Notes: generated by a model from the letters alone, not told the origin. 64,000 bases of DNA from Gammaproteobacteria bacterium (GCA_965222155.1 CBDCTH010000010.1:65021-129020); one strand, 5' to 3'. Shown: positions 19,901-28,401, numbered from the stretch's first letter. Translations and numbers: made by a program.

Positions 19901-21416
19901 TGAGGGTCGGGGCATCCGGCGCGGCGGGCACCGTGGGATTGGGCGTAGCGCTGGCGCTGGATGACCAGTCGCCCGGTCCCCGCGCGTTCACCGCCCGCAC
20001 CTGCACGTCGTAGCGCTGGCCGTTGGTGAGACCGGATAAAATATGACTCAGGAAGGATTCGTCTCTCTCCTCCTCTACCCACGGGTCGCTCATGCCCTGG
20101 CGGCGGTAGCGGATCTTATAGCCCGTGATGCCAGGGCTGCCTGTGGGCGGGACCAACTTTACCCTGATATTCTTGTCGCCGGGCGTGAGGGTCGGCACCG
20201 CCGGCGCCGCGGGAACGGTCCCGGCCGTGGCTGTGACGCTGGGCGACCAGGCGCCCGGTCCCCGCGCGTCCTCCGCCCGCACCCGCACCTCATAGCTCTG
20301 GCCGTTGGTGAGACTGAATAAAGTGTATGAACGAACGAAAGAATCGACTGTCACCTTCGTCCACTGGCTGGTCCCACTGGCTCGGTACCAGATGTGGTAG
20401 CCCGTAGTGGTCTGGCCGCGTTCGGGCCTGATCCAAGTCACCCTGATCTGTCTGTCACCGGGCGTCAGGGTCGGAGTAAAGAGCGGGTTGAGCCGGTTCA
20501 CGGGCGTAGCGCTGGCGCTGGGCGACCAGTCGCTCGCGCCATGCGCGTTCACGGTCTGCACCTGCACCTGGTAACTCTGGCCGTTGGTGAGGCCGGGGAG
20601 CCTGATAGCGGTTCCTCTACCGTTGAAATCACGCCGCGTCCACGAACCGTCCGTACCGGGTCGGTAGCGGATATTGGAGCCCGTAATGCGCAAGCCGACC
20701 CTGTCGAGGACGACCCACTCTATCAAGAGATTCCCGTCACCGGGCGTGAGGGTCGGCGCAGCCGGCTTCGCGGGAACGGTCGCGGGCGTGGCGCTGACGC
20801 TGGCCGACCAGGCGCCCGGGCCCTGCTCGTTCACGGCCTGCACCTGCACCTGGTAGCTGCGGTCGTTGGTGAGGCCGGTGATGGTCGTGCTCGTGCCGGT
20901 ACCCGTGAAATCGGGGTCGCTCCAGCCGCCGCTGCTACCGGGGCGGTAGCGCACGTTGTAGTCCGTGAGGGCCGAGCCGCCGCCGGGCGCGGCCCACGTC
21001 ACCGCGAGCTGCCGGTCGCCGGGATTGAGGGTCAGGGCCGTGGGCGCATCCGGGACCGTCTGCGCCCACGCCGACACGGTCAGCCCGCACATCAGTGTCA
21101 TGAACGCCAGGGCGCACAGCACCCCGCGCCGGAACCGCCTGGAAAGCCCCGCTGCGGTCGACCCCCCGCGAACGCCCGCACCCCGCGCGCGCGGCGAAGC
21201 GGCAGCGCGGCACCGGTGATTCGTTATCTCATGTGGACGCCGGGGGGGGGGGGGGGGGGGGGTGAAGGAGGATGGGCGCGGGATACCGCGCAGACGATGC
21301 GTCAGTGAGTCAGCACTGCAACCGGCAGCGTTGACCGTTCCGAACTCTCCCCCGTAAGGCAAGCGAGCGTTCATGTTTATTGCCATGGCTATCCATCCTC
21401 TAATCATAGTCGGCAT
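16890..21416 (-). CDS. Large surface adhesin passenger: extended signal region, 11 fibronectin type III repeats, an Ig-like domain and 2 cadherin-like repeats
   Basis: Repeated PxAPTLTPGD.QL.V.W...Y.VQY...W...LTNGQ.Y.VQVRA.N..G...WS; cadherin motifs DPDADD and LDYET; signal ...LCALAFMTLMCGLTVSAWA. Start uncertain. Confidence 0.9.
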   Translation of the reverse strand: MPTMIRGWIAMAINMNARLPYGGEFGTVNAAGCSADSLTHRLRGIPRPSSFTPPPPPPRRPHEITNHRCRAAASPRARGAGVRGGSTAAGLSRRFRRGVLCALAFMTLMCGLTVSAWAQTVPDAPTALTLNPGDRQLAVTWAAPGGGSALTDYNVRYRPGSSGGWSDPDFTGTGTSTTITGLTNDRSYQVQVQAVNEQGPGAWSASVSATPATVPAKPAAPTLTPGDGNLLIEWVVLDRVGLRITGSNIRYRPGTDGSWTRRDFNGRGTAIRLPGLTNGQSYQVQVQTVNAHGASDWSPSASATPVNRLNPLFTPTLTPGDRQIRVTWIRPERGQTTTGYHIWYRASGTSQWTKVTVDSFVRSYTLFSLTNGQSYEVRVRAEDARGPGAWSPSVTATAGTVPAAPAVPTLTPGDKNIRVKLVPPTGSPGITGYKIRYRRQGMSDPWVEEERDESFLSHILSGLTNGQRYDVQVRAVNARGPGDWSSSASATPNPTVPAAPDAPTLTPGDRQLDVSWDAPGSDGGSAITGYNVQYKLSSDSNWTDASYNGAPRNTTLTGLTNGRSYEVQVRAVNVRGAGAWSHSTSVMPATVPAALDAPALTPGDGQLALVWSAPANNGGSAITGYNVQYKPSGAVDWTDAGYSGAPKNTIISSLTNGQRYDVQVRAKNAVGWSDWSTAAAATPDAKPGKPAAPTVTVQGATSLRVRWTAPANPGSAITGYTLRRSADNGLIWMALPDAAGTGKSRTVTGLTPGVAYVFQVLATNAAGTGDWSDTSSSATPAAAPAAPVAPTLIPGNGQLTVAWVAPATNGATISDYDVQYKRSTDSVWTDAHYAGTGTSTTISSLTNGQPYDVQVRAKNSIGWGGWSPSAGATPATTATVPAAPVAPTLAPGNGEIVVSWAVPTSNGGAAISDYDVQYRAGNSGPWTDAHYDGPGLSTTLPNLTNGQRYQVQVRAKNAVGPSDWSTAAAATPDAKPGKPAAPTVTVLGATSLRVNWTVPTNPGSAITGYTLEQRANNGANWSPVSGVSGTSHDVTGLTPGTAYVFRVRATNGAGAGDWSDASSSVTPSAAPAAPAAPAIPTLRPGDRQLEVSWHAPGSDGGSPITGYNIQYRADAGSSWAAHGATDASTTTTTLTGLTNGQPYAVQVRALNAQGPSAWSASASATPRAPAPVKPTPPGPVISLPEITRFEATPLKDGRSTLSWTVSANTDVLSLVDDQGNVLIDPGDGLPAGNELAVETGVGTKYTLVAVNSESGRSSEPSTVTVRAPVPVRPTVRPPTPAPVNAAPTGVIVTWVPPATDGAIAEDVDTRAGPVQLAELSAVDPDADDSHVFSLSDTTVFEIAGAALYLKQGVGLDYETQPGHGFTLTATDSGGLSVTGAEQTLAVTDANEAPTEVIVTWVPPATDGAIAEDVDTSAGPVQLAELSAVDPDADDSHVFSLSDTDIFEITGAALYLKQGAGLDYETQSSYGFTLTVTDGGGLSITGAEQRCWGARPLPCAWTRPTPPGG
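21242..21262. repeat. G21 homopolymer (poly-C/poly-Pro in the adhesin 5' coding region)
   Basis: Direct count of 21 consecutive G. Confidence 0.9.
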
Positions 21417-21456
21417 ACCCTACCCCACTGCTTCATGCAATGTCAACTTCTTTGTC

Positions 21457-21585
21457 CAGCCACTCCCGCTAACTCCCGGGGTCGAGGGCATCCTGCCCTC
21501 GTGGCGGGCGGGACGCCCTCCCTCCCAGGGAAACATGCCCCCTAATCTCCTGGGGGACTGGGGGACAGATTTAAATCTGTCCCCC
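21457..21585 (+). mobile_element. MITE copy A (truncated) with REP hairpins
   Basis: Left end CAGCCACTCCCGCTAA, hairpin GAGGGCATCCTGCCCTC, terminal palindrome GGGGACAGATTTAAATCTGTCCCC. Confidence 0.8.
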
Positions 21586-21598
21586 TCCAAACCGGGGT

Positions 21599-24500
21599 TT
21601 ATGCAACTTTTCGCAGGGCTGCTTCCAGGGTTTCACCCTGCTCGTCTGCCAGCGCGGCTTCTCGCAGTTGTTTGACTGCGGAGGTTGCATTCGGTTGCTT
21701 GCAAATTCCTGGTAGTGCTTCCATGATCCGGTTGAAAGCAGCCATGCCTCTTGCATGGGTCTCGCCGTAACCTTTCACCAGGCGCGGGCATTCGGCGATT
21801 TCTACTGCCAGGTCATAATCGGTGACGGCGGTATCGGTCACAGTTGACAGCCACTTTTCGATATTGACGTTTTCCATCTCATAGCGCAGGGTTGAGCGAC
21901 GCCAGCGACGCAGGCCGGCAAGCAGGCAGAGCAACAGGAAGCCGGACAGGGTCGTGGTCTTTATCCTTCTACCCTTTTTACAAAAGAATCCTATGAAGTT
22001 TCTCAACGCGGGGGTATTCATGACCAGGGAACCCTTCCAGACCGGCATGATATCGCAGATTTCCTGCACCCTGGGGTGCATGAATTCCTGCCAGGCCACC
22101 ACCTGTCCCTGCTCCGCCTGCACGTCTTTTCTCACCCGGGCAAAGCGCGTGGAGCGAATTTTCAGGTCCGCCACCCGGATTGCGTCTTCATAAGTCATCC
22201 ACAGGGCCAGGTAACGCGCAGTTTCGATGGTCAGCCGGTAATCCCTGTCCGGATGATCCACCTGCAAAACAGGTTGTAATCTCTGCAGGTACTCCTCAGC
22301 ATACCTGATATCCTGGTAATCCGTGAGTTTCCCCAGGGCTGCACGTATGATTTCCTGCGTTTGCGCCGGGAACTCCGCCTGGACCCGAACCAGCAGCGCC
22401 TGTACATCCTTGTGCGCCGGTCCCGGGGCTGCGCCTGACGGCTTCTCCTTCTCATCCTGTTGTTTCTGTGCGTGCTCATAACCGGCATTAAACCCTTTCA
22501 GGTTGGCTTCCACCGCAACGCCGGTCGCGCCGATGATTTCGGTAAATGTTTCCTTGCGGAACGGCAAGGCGCCGGATCCGGCGGCAGCGCCAAGCAATAC
22601 GGAACTGATGACACTACCCGTTTGCCCGGCCAGGGCGTTCATATCGAAACCGATGAAGTGCTTTGCGTTCTCCATTACTACACCGGTGATCTTTTCGGAG
22701 TCCGCCCTGCCGTCACCCATTGCGGTTTTCTCGCCGATGGCGTAGTCGCGGTGGGTGGACACCAGTGCGGTGGTCCGGTCCGGTGAGATCAAACCCCTCA
22801 ATATGGCGCGCCCGCCTTCGATCAGTTCACCGGCAAAGACGACATCCACGCGCCCGGGCACCGGCGTCAAGGCCAGCACGGCAGGCCTATCCCCGATGGC
22901 TTCCCGCGGGAAAAACTCCAGGTAGTAGACGGTTGCTCCGGTGCGCTGGGCGACACCGGGAACGGAAGTGGATTGCGCCAGGTAACCGGAACGCTCGGCC
23001 ACCTGGATAAGCCAGTTACTGAGGACGCCCCCACCCTGTCCGCCCATGGCCAGGATAGCGACCTTGATGGGCTCTGCCTGTTTGCCTGCCGGGGAATGAC
23101 TCATCGTGGGGACGGACTTAAGTCCGTCCCCGCTAAGCCCCTGTTTCCATACCGGCAAGGAAGAGGAATGCCTCTCCTGTTCTTCCCCGGCCGGGGAAAC
23201 TGCCTCAATAGTCCGTCTGCGGCGGCGCCTGTCCGACCAGGCCTGGAGTTTGCCGATGGCAAATGAACGAAGGGCCGCCAGTGCCCGGTCGGCCGGGTTG
23301 GGATTATAGACGATATCGGCCTTGTAAAAGGACGGGCAGAGAACGGCGGCATGGGCTACCTCGCCACAGACGCCACAGCCGACACAACTGTTGATAACAG
23401 TGGCCACGGGATCTTTTCTAAGGGGGTCGGGATTGTCCTTGATGGTCAGTGACGGGCAGCCCGATAACCTTATGCAGGAATGATCGCCGGTACAGGTGTC
23501 TTCATCAATGCCGAATCGTTCACGCACGTAACGTTTCTTTTGTTTGAGCAGGTTTTTTATCTGCGGTTTGATCCGACGTTGCCGGTTGAGCTGGCATTCT
23601 CCCTCCGCCACGATGAGTTTAGGGCCTTTCGCCCGGGTAGTCATGGCCTCTCTCAGCGCATGCAGGGATTCCTGGATATGATAGGTGTGAACCTTCCTGA
23701 TCCACTTCACGCCGGCGCCCTTGAGCGCATCGACAATGGACACGCGGTACTGGCGCCTGGCCGCGTCCGCCCTGGAAGATGGTATCCACTGACCGCCCGT
23801 CGCTGCGGAATAACCGTTGTCAACCACCACGATGACGCCGTCGTGTTCGTTTTCCACCGCATTGCCGATACCCGTGGTCAGGCCGTTATGCCAGAAGCCG
23901 CCGTCACCCATGATACTGAGGGCGCGCTTCTCATGGGGTACCATCAGGGCCGAGGCGCTGGAAGGCCCCAGGCCATAGCCGGTAATGGTGTTGCCGATGT
24001 TGAATGGGGCCACGGTGGCGAAGGAATGGCAACCAATATCCATGCTCACTTGCAACTTGCCGAATTCCTTTTCCAGCAGTTTGACGGCGGAGAAAAACGG
24101 GCGTTCCGGACAGCCGGTACACAAGCCGGACGGCCGTTGCGGCACCAGTTGCGCCAAGTCTTCCCGGTCCGGACCAGCGGTCTTTTCCAGCGGCGGGACA
24201 GTGATTGCGGCAGGTTCCCATTGCTGCAGAAATTTCCGCAGTCCTGCTTCCATCAACTGGCAGGTATATTCCCCTGCCATAGTGAAAACGTCCTTGCCGT
24301 GCATCCTGGCCTGAACGTCATGGCGTCTCAGGATGGTGTTGATATTCTGTTCCAGGTAGTCCGGCTGACCCTCCTCCACCATGAGCACCGCTTTCTTATC
24401 CCGGCAGAAACGGATCACTTCCGCATCGACCACCGGATAAGCCACGTTCATGATGTACATGGGAAGCGAACTGTTGCCGAATACGTCGGAGCAGCCCACG

Positions 24501-25339
24501 TGTTCCAGGGCCCGGTTCAAGGTGTTGTAGAGACCGCCGGCGACGATGATGCCGATCTCGTCAAAGCGGCCATCGACCACCTCATTCAACCCGTACTCCT
24601 CTATGAATTTCACTGCAGCGGGCCAGCGCTGTTCGATTTTCTCCGCCTCATGCTGATAGTTATAAGGCGGTAAGACGATACGCTCTATGTCCCGGGTCGG
24701 GGCATCCAGGGCATCGGTCACGGTAAAAGCCGGACGTTTGTTGTCCCTGGTATTCAACACGCCGTGGACGTGGCAGGCCCGCACCCGCAGTTGCAGCATG
24801 ACGGGGGTGCTTGAGGCCTCGGAAAGTTCAAAACCCTTCTCGACCATGTCGGCAATGGCGTTCAGGTTGGGCCTGGGATCGAGCAACCAGATCTGGGACT
24901 TCATGGCAAAGGCATGGGAGCGTTCCTGCATGATGGACGCGCCTTCACCGTAATCTTCCCCGACAATAATGAGCGCGCCGCCCTTGACCCCGGCGGAGGC
25001 CACGTTTGCCAGGGCATCCGATGCCACGTTGGTACCCACAGTGGATTTCCAGGCCACCGCGCCGCGCAACGGGTAATTGATCGATGCGGCCAGCATGGAT
25101 GCTGCCGCCGCTTCGCTGGCCGACTGCTCAAAGTGTACGCCCAGTTCTTCCAGTATTTCCCGGGAATCGGCAAAGACATCGATCAAATGGCTGATGGGAG
25201 AGCCCTGGTATCCGCCGATATAGGAAACGCCCGATTGCAGCAAGGCCTTGGTGACGGCAAGAATGCCTTCCCCGTGGAGTTCGTCACCGTCCCCCAGGCG
25301 CAGCATCTTGACTTCTTTTGCGAAGGATCGTTCAGCCAT
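21599..25339 (-). CDS. Indolepyruvate:ferredoxin oxidoreductase-like protein, alpha and beta subunits fused in one ORF
   Basis: GYQGSP, C-x-G-C-P, DIGCH, TPP motif GDGGFWHNG, 4Fe-4S CTGDHSC and CVGCGVC; beta part AMGGQGGG, GVAQRTGAT, KGYG. Confidence 0.88.
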   Translation of the reverse strand: MAERSFAKEVKMLRLGDGDELHGEGILAVTKALLQSGVSYIGGYQGSPISHLIDVFADSREILEELGVHFEQSASEAAAASMLAASINYPLRGAVAWKSTVGTNVASDALANVASAGVKGGALIIVGEDYGEGASIMQERSHAFAMKSQIWLLDPRPNLNAIADMVEKGFELSEASSTPVMLQLRVRACHVHGVLNTRDNKRPAFTVTDALDAPTRDIERIVLPPYNYQHEAEKIEQRWPAAVKFIEEYGLNEVVDGRFDEIGIIVAGGLYNTLNRALEHVGCSDVFGNSSLPMYIMNVAYPVVDAEVIRFCRDKKAVLMVEEGQPDYLEQNINTILRRHDVQARMHGKDVFTMAGEYTCQLMEAGLRKFLQQWEPAAITVPPLEKTAGPDREDLAQLVPQRPSGLCTGCPERPFFSAVKLLEKEFGKLQVSMDIGCHSFATVAPFNIGNTITGYGLGPSSASALMVPHEKRALSIMGDGGFWHNGLTTGIGNAVENEHDGVIVVVDNGYSAATGGQWIPSSRADAARRQYRVSIVDALKGAGVKWIRKVHTYHIQESLHALREAMTTRAKGPKLIVAEGECQLNRQRRIKPQIKNLLKQKKRYVRERFGIDEDTCTGDHSCIRLSGCPSLTIKDNPDPLRKDPVATVINSCVGCGVCGEVAHAAVLCPSFYKADIVYNPNPADRALAALRSFAIGKLQAWSDRRRRRRTIEAVSPAGEEQERHSSSLPVWKQGLSGDGLKSVPTMSHSPAGKQAEPIKVAILAMGGQGGGVLSNWLIQVAERSGYLAQSTSVPGVAQRTGATVYYLEFFPREAIGDRPAVLALTPVPGRVDVVFAGELIEGGRAILRGLISPDRTTALVSTHRDYAIGEKTAMGDGRADSEKITGVVMENAKHFIGFDMNALAGQTGSVISSVLLGAAAGSGALPFRKETFTEIIGATGVAVEANLKGFNAGYEHAQKQQDEKEKPSGAAPGPAHKDVQALLVRVQAEFPAQTQEIIRAALGKLTDYQDIRYAEEYLQRLQPVLQVDHPDRDYRLTIETARYLALWMTYEDAIRVADLKIRSTRFARVRKDVQAEQGQVVAWQEFMHPRVQEICDIMPVWKGSLVMNTPALRNFIGFFCKKGRRIKTTTLSGFLLLCLLAGLRRWRRSTLRYEMENVNIEKWLSTVTDTAVTDYDLAVEIAECPRLVKGYGETHARGMAAFNRIMEALPGICKQPNATSAVKQLREAALADEQGETLEAALRKVA

Positions 25340-25392
25340 TGTGCTCTAACATGTAAATAGTGTCAGTCAACTTTTATAGATGGTTAAATCAC

Positions 25393-25458
25393 CCACCATT
25401 CCTGCGAAAGTTTACCCCTGTATGCTGTTGAGCAGGGGTAAACTTTCGCAAATGGTGG
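25393..25458. repeat. Long hairpin (REP-like, with a nested mini-hairpin) between the cyclase and ior genes
   Basis: CCACCATT-CC-TGCGAAAGTTTACCCCTG...CAGGGGTAAACTTTCGCA-AATGGTGG. Confidence 0.8.
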
Positions 25459-25523
25459 CGGATTGACGCTGTATAATTGTTCCATAAAGATCACTCATCA
25501 ATCAGTTCAAAACTTTCAGGCTA

Positions 25524-26264
25524 TCAATCCTCAGTGACGGCAAACACCCGGGCGGGGGAACCGTCCAGGCCCTCCAGGGGCAGGGGTATGCCGTACAGGG
25601 TAAACTCACTGCCATCCAGTTTGCCGATATTGGTGATCAACTGGATGATGATGGTCTTGTTGCCCAGCAAGGTCTTGTGGTTGCGTCCGGGCGGTTTATC
25701 CGCCTCGATGCCGAGCCAGAAGGGCGCTTCGGGGAAGCAATCGAGAGCGACCGCTTTGCAACCTTTTTCAACAATGTACTCCGCTGCGGTCGTGTCCAGG
25801 AATATGGAGTTGCCCCAGAATTCGTCAGTGTCCCAGGCACGATCGGTCCAGCCGGTGTACAGGACAGGAATAACGCTGTCATCGATCTCCACGCCGGTTT
25901 TGATGATCTCATCTGCAGTAACGCGTTCCCGCCCCTGCAAATGGGTCAGGGGGATGACCCTGCCTTTGCCGATGGTATGCTCCAGGGGGATTTCCTCGAC
26001 CGACCAGCCGCCGGCTTCCAGGAAGTGACAAGGCGCATCAACATGGGTGCCTATATGAGTGAGAATCTCCAGCCGGGACAACATGTGCGGGGTGAACTCC
26101 AGGTTTTTATCCAATTCAATGCCACGGCTTTCAAGGTGATCCTGTTGTACTTCCCCCATGCAGGATAAAACGACGCACCGGGTGGGGTTCTCTTCGTACT
26201 CACGCAGGTTCGGAATGCCGCGCATGTGGCGATTGACGGGCAGGGTCAGATCGATGACAGCCAT
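25524..26264 (-). CDS. Cyclase family metal-dependent hydrolase (kynurenine formamidase-like)
   Basis: IDLT, HIGTHVDAPCH, LYTGW, DGSPARVFA; start at ATG 26264 after GGAG. Confidence 0.88.
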   Translation of the reverse strand: MAVIDLTLPVNRHMRGIPNLREYEENPTRCVVLSCMGEVQQDHLESRGIELDKNLEFTPHMLSRLEILTHIGTHVDAPCHFLEAGGWSVEEIPLEHTIGKGRVIPLTHLQGRERVTADEIIKTGVEIDDSVIPVLYTGWTDRAWDTDEFWGNSIFLDTTAAEYIVEKGCKAVALDCFPEAPFWLGIEADKPPGRNHKTLLGNKTIIIQLITNIGKLDGSEFTLYGIPLPLEGLDGSPARVFAVTED

Positions 26265-26490
26265 GGTCTCCTCCGATTGGATCTTCGTTGCATTATATAT
26301 TATTAGAATAAATACAGGGTCGCAATTTAACGATCCGGGTTTAACGATCCGGGTTTTTCTCAGGATATTGGTCGGAGATGCTAAAATAATCACCGATCTG
26401 TGAGTTTTCCCACATTTCCGCCAGTGAATACAGGGTAAACTGTCATCATGACTCCTGAACTCTCCGGATACATCATAGTCGACAATTTAC

Positions 26491-26620
26491 CAGCAATTCC
26501 CACTAACTCCCGGGATCGAGGGCATCCTGCCCTCGTGGAGGGCGAGTCGCCCTCCCTCCCGGGGAAACATGCCCCCTTATGGTCAGGGGAACTTGGGGGA
26601 CAGATTTCAATCTGTCCCCC
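26491..26620 (+). mobile_element. MITE copy B (truncated)
   Basis: CAGCAATTCCCACTAA end, the same two hairpins, terminal GGGGGACAGATTTCAATCTGTCCCCC. Confidence 0.8.
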
Positions 26621-26661
26621 TTGTCTCAGCCGGCTCATCAGCAATATGTTATACTGACGCA

Positions 26662-26901
26662 ATGGTTGAATGGGCCCCTTTCATTGCGCTTGCCGGCCTC
26701 ATTATTGCGCTTGCCGGCCTCATTACCGGGCTGTTCGCCTGGTTACGTAACGACATCAACTTACTACGCCGGGAAACCGGCGCCTTACATAAAGATATCC
26801 AGGCCATTGACGTCCGCCTGGCGCGGGTCGAGGCCACTCTAGAGACTACCTTCAGGCTACAGGGCATGTTACCCGCAGAGCGTCACGACCAGGTTGCTTG
26901 A
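26662..26901 (+). CDS. Small membrane-anchored coiled-coil hypothetical protein
   Basis: MVEWAPFIALAGLIIALAGLITGLFAWLRNDI...RLARVE; TM helix then coiled coil; TATACT just upstream. Confidence 0.6.
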   Translation: MVEWAPFIALAGLIIALAGLITGLFAWLRNDINLLRRETGALHKDIQAIDVRLARVEATLETTFRLQGMLPAERHDQVA

Positions 26902-26962
26902 AGCGCCCGGACGGGAATCCGACCTATGGGAATTACCCGGGAAGGTAGAGTTGTTGAGAACC

Positions 26963-27607
26963 TCAATCGGGCAACTCAAGCGACCTCAGGTAGCGCCAGG
27001 TCTTGTTGCCGGCAGGTTGACGCCGTAAAGCAAGCAGGTCGTCAGGACGATCAATATCCCGGACCAGTCCGGCAGGTCTGGCAATATTGACGGGGACCCG
27101 ACGTTGTTCCGCTTCTCTGCGGAATTTCTCAAAGCTATTCTCGCCGTACATCAACCCGATGGCAAGAGGCGGCGTGAATACTATAGCGTTGGTGCCGCCG
27201 TCGCTGCCGGCGGGACACAAAGTGACGCCCTCCTTGTGAACCTGGTCCAGGTAGCTTAAATCCGTGTGTTCAAGTTCGGGTACGTCGGCAGGGATGATGA
27301 GCGCCTTGTCCAGGACCTTATTGCTGGTGGCTTCGACACCTTTCAGTACATCAGAGGCATAGCCGTGATCGACCCCGGTGTTCAATACGTCCGCGTGGTG
27401 GTCTTGCGCCAGTGAGATGACGGCTTCGTCGCAACTGATGACCGTGACGCCACTAATCACGACGGTTTCATCCAGGGTGTTGAGGATATCATCCAGCATG
27501 CACATACTGAGTTGCCGGCGTTGCGCCTGCGATAACGCGCCGGCAAGGCGCAACTTGGTATGCTCCAACCGTTTCACAGGGAGTAGCGCCCACATGTTAA
27601 GATTCAT
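26963..27607 (-). CDS. cofC: 2-phospho-L-lactate/PEP guanylyltransferase (F420 biosynthesis)
   Basis: LPVK....K.RL, PADVP, DGGTNA, YG..SF, DID.PDDL. Confidence 0.85.
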   Translation of the reverse strand: MNLNMWALLPVKRLEHTKLRLAGALSQAQRRQLSMCMLDDILNTLDETVVISGVTVISCDEAVISLAQDHHADVLNTGVDHGYASDVLKGVEATSNKVLDKALIIPADVPELEHTDLSYLDQVHKEGVTLCPAGSDGGTNAIVFTPPLAIGLMYGENSFEKFRREAEQRRVPVNIARPAGLVRDIDRPDDLLALRRQPAGNKTWRYLRSLELPD

Positions 27608-27720
27608 CCGCAGATGAAACGAAAGTTTTTAACATAAATTACTGAAGATATCAGATTGTAACTTCTGTATTTTATGAAACATTATATTTACCTGCGGTAA
27701 TCTGCGTAATCTGCGGATAA
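27606..27720. repeat. ATCTGCG-type inverted repeat element
   Basis: ATCCGCAGATG ... GGTAATCTGCGTAATCTGCGGATAA; same family as 39817-39981. Confidence 0.65.
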
Positions 27721-27723
27721 CCT

Positions 27724-28401
27724 TTACGCGGATGAAGAAGTCTTTTCAATCCCGGTAATGCGGATACCGGAATGGCTGGTCTTGTAGGTCTTGTTGATAT
27801 GGATAAGCAGGCTGGTCAGGGCTTCTGCGGCCGCGGCATTGGCCAGTTTTCCCGCGTTGACGGCGCGGCAACCACTGTCCTCCACCAGTTGCATCACTTC
27901 CTTGCGGGTTTGCAGGTCGTCACCGGTCACCAGGATGTCGCAGTCGATCTCCACGTCCTGCTCCAGCAGGTTGGCGGCTACGTTGTGATACGCCGCCGTC
28001 ACCCGCGCCCTGTCTCCCAGGGTGTTGCGAGTGATAACCGCGGCGCTCCCTTCTTCCGGTAGCTGGACTACGGCTACTTTCGGCGGTATGAGCGGTACGG
28101 TGGTATCAATCAGGATCTGCCCCGACAGGCCCGGCTTGATGCTCTCCAGAGTCGCTTCATGAGCGGCGAAAGGGACGGTCAGGACAACGACTTCCACCTG
28201 TTTTGTCGCAGTGAGATTGTCAGCGCCTGTAATCCCCTCTGCGCCGGGTTTCCGGTTGAGTTCAGCCGCCGCCTTGTGTGCTTTCTCCGCAACCCGGGAG
28301 CCGATGACCACCTCGTGACCCGCCCTGGCCCAGCGCCAGGCCAACCCATAGCCGAGATTACCGGTCCCGCCCAGAACCGCTATTTTCTTTTTATTGATCA
28401 T
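27724..28401 (-). CDS. npdG: NADPH-dependent F420 reductase
   Basis: GGTGNLGYGLA.R, IGSR...KA, DTTVPL, GSAA, AYHNV, L..INK.Y; adjacent to cofC. Confidence 0.88.
   Translation of the reverse strand: MINKKKIAVLGGTGNLGYGLAWRWARAGHEVVIGSRVAEKAHKAAAELNRKPGAEGITGADNLTATKQVEVVVLTVPFAAHEATLESIKPGLSGQILIDTTVPLIPPKVAVVQLPEEGSAAVITRNTLGDRARVTAAYHNVAANLLEQDVEIDCDILVTGDDLQTRKEVMQLVEDSGCRAVNAGKLANAAAAEALTSLLIHINKTYKTSHSGIRITGIEKTSSSA

Noticed and set aside
17900-21070. Fn3 repeats as a DGR template/variable pair
   Set aside because: No reverse transcriptase in the window and no adenine-specific mismatch pair seen.
23480-24673. Long antisense ORFs (397 aa here, also 20394-21308, 31215-32204, 58117-58992)
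   Set aside because: Shadow or alternate frames of GC-rich genes that have clear family motifs.
26326-26356. Short tandem duplication of TTAACGATCCGGGT upstream of the cyclase gene
   Set aside because: Only two copies; cannot distinguish an operator from slippage.
26390-26662. Short ORFs over the MITE copies (also near 21373, 30358-30800 and 36302-36628)
   Set aside because: Their shared peptides come from the repeat sequence; no independent coding evidence.
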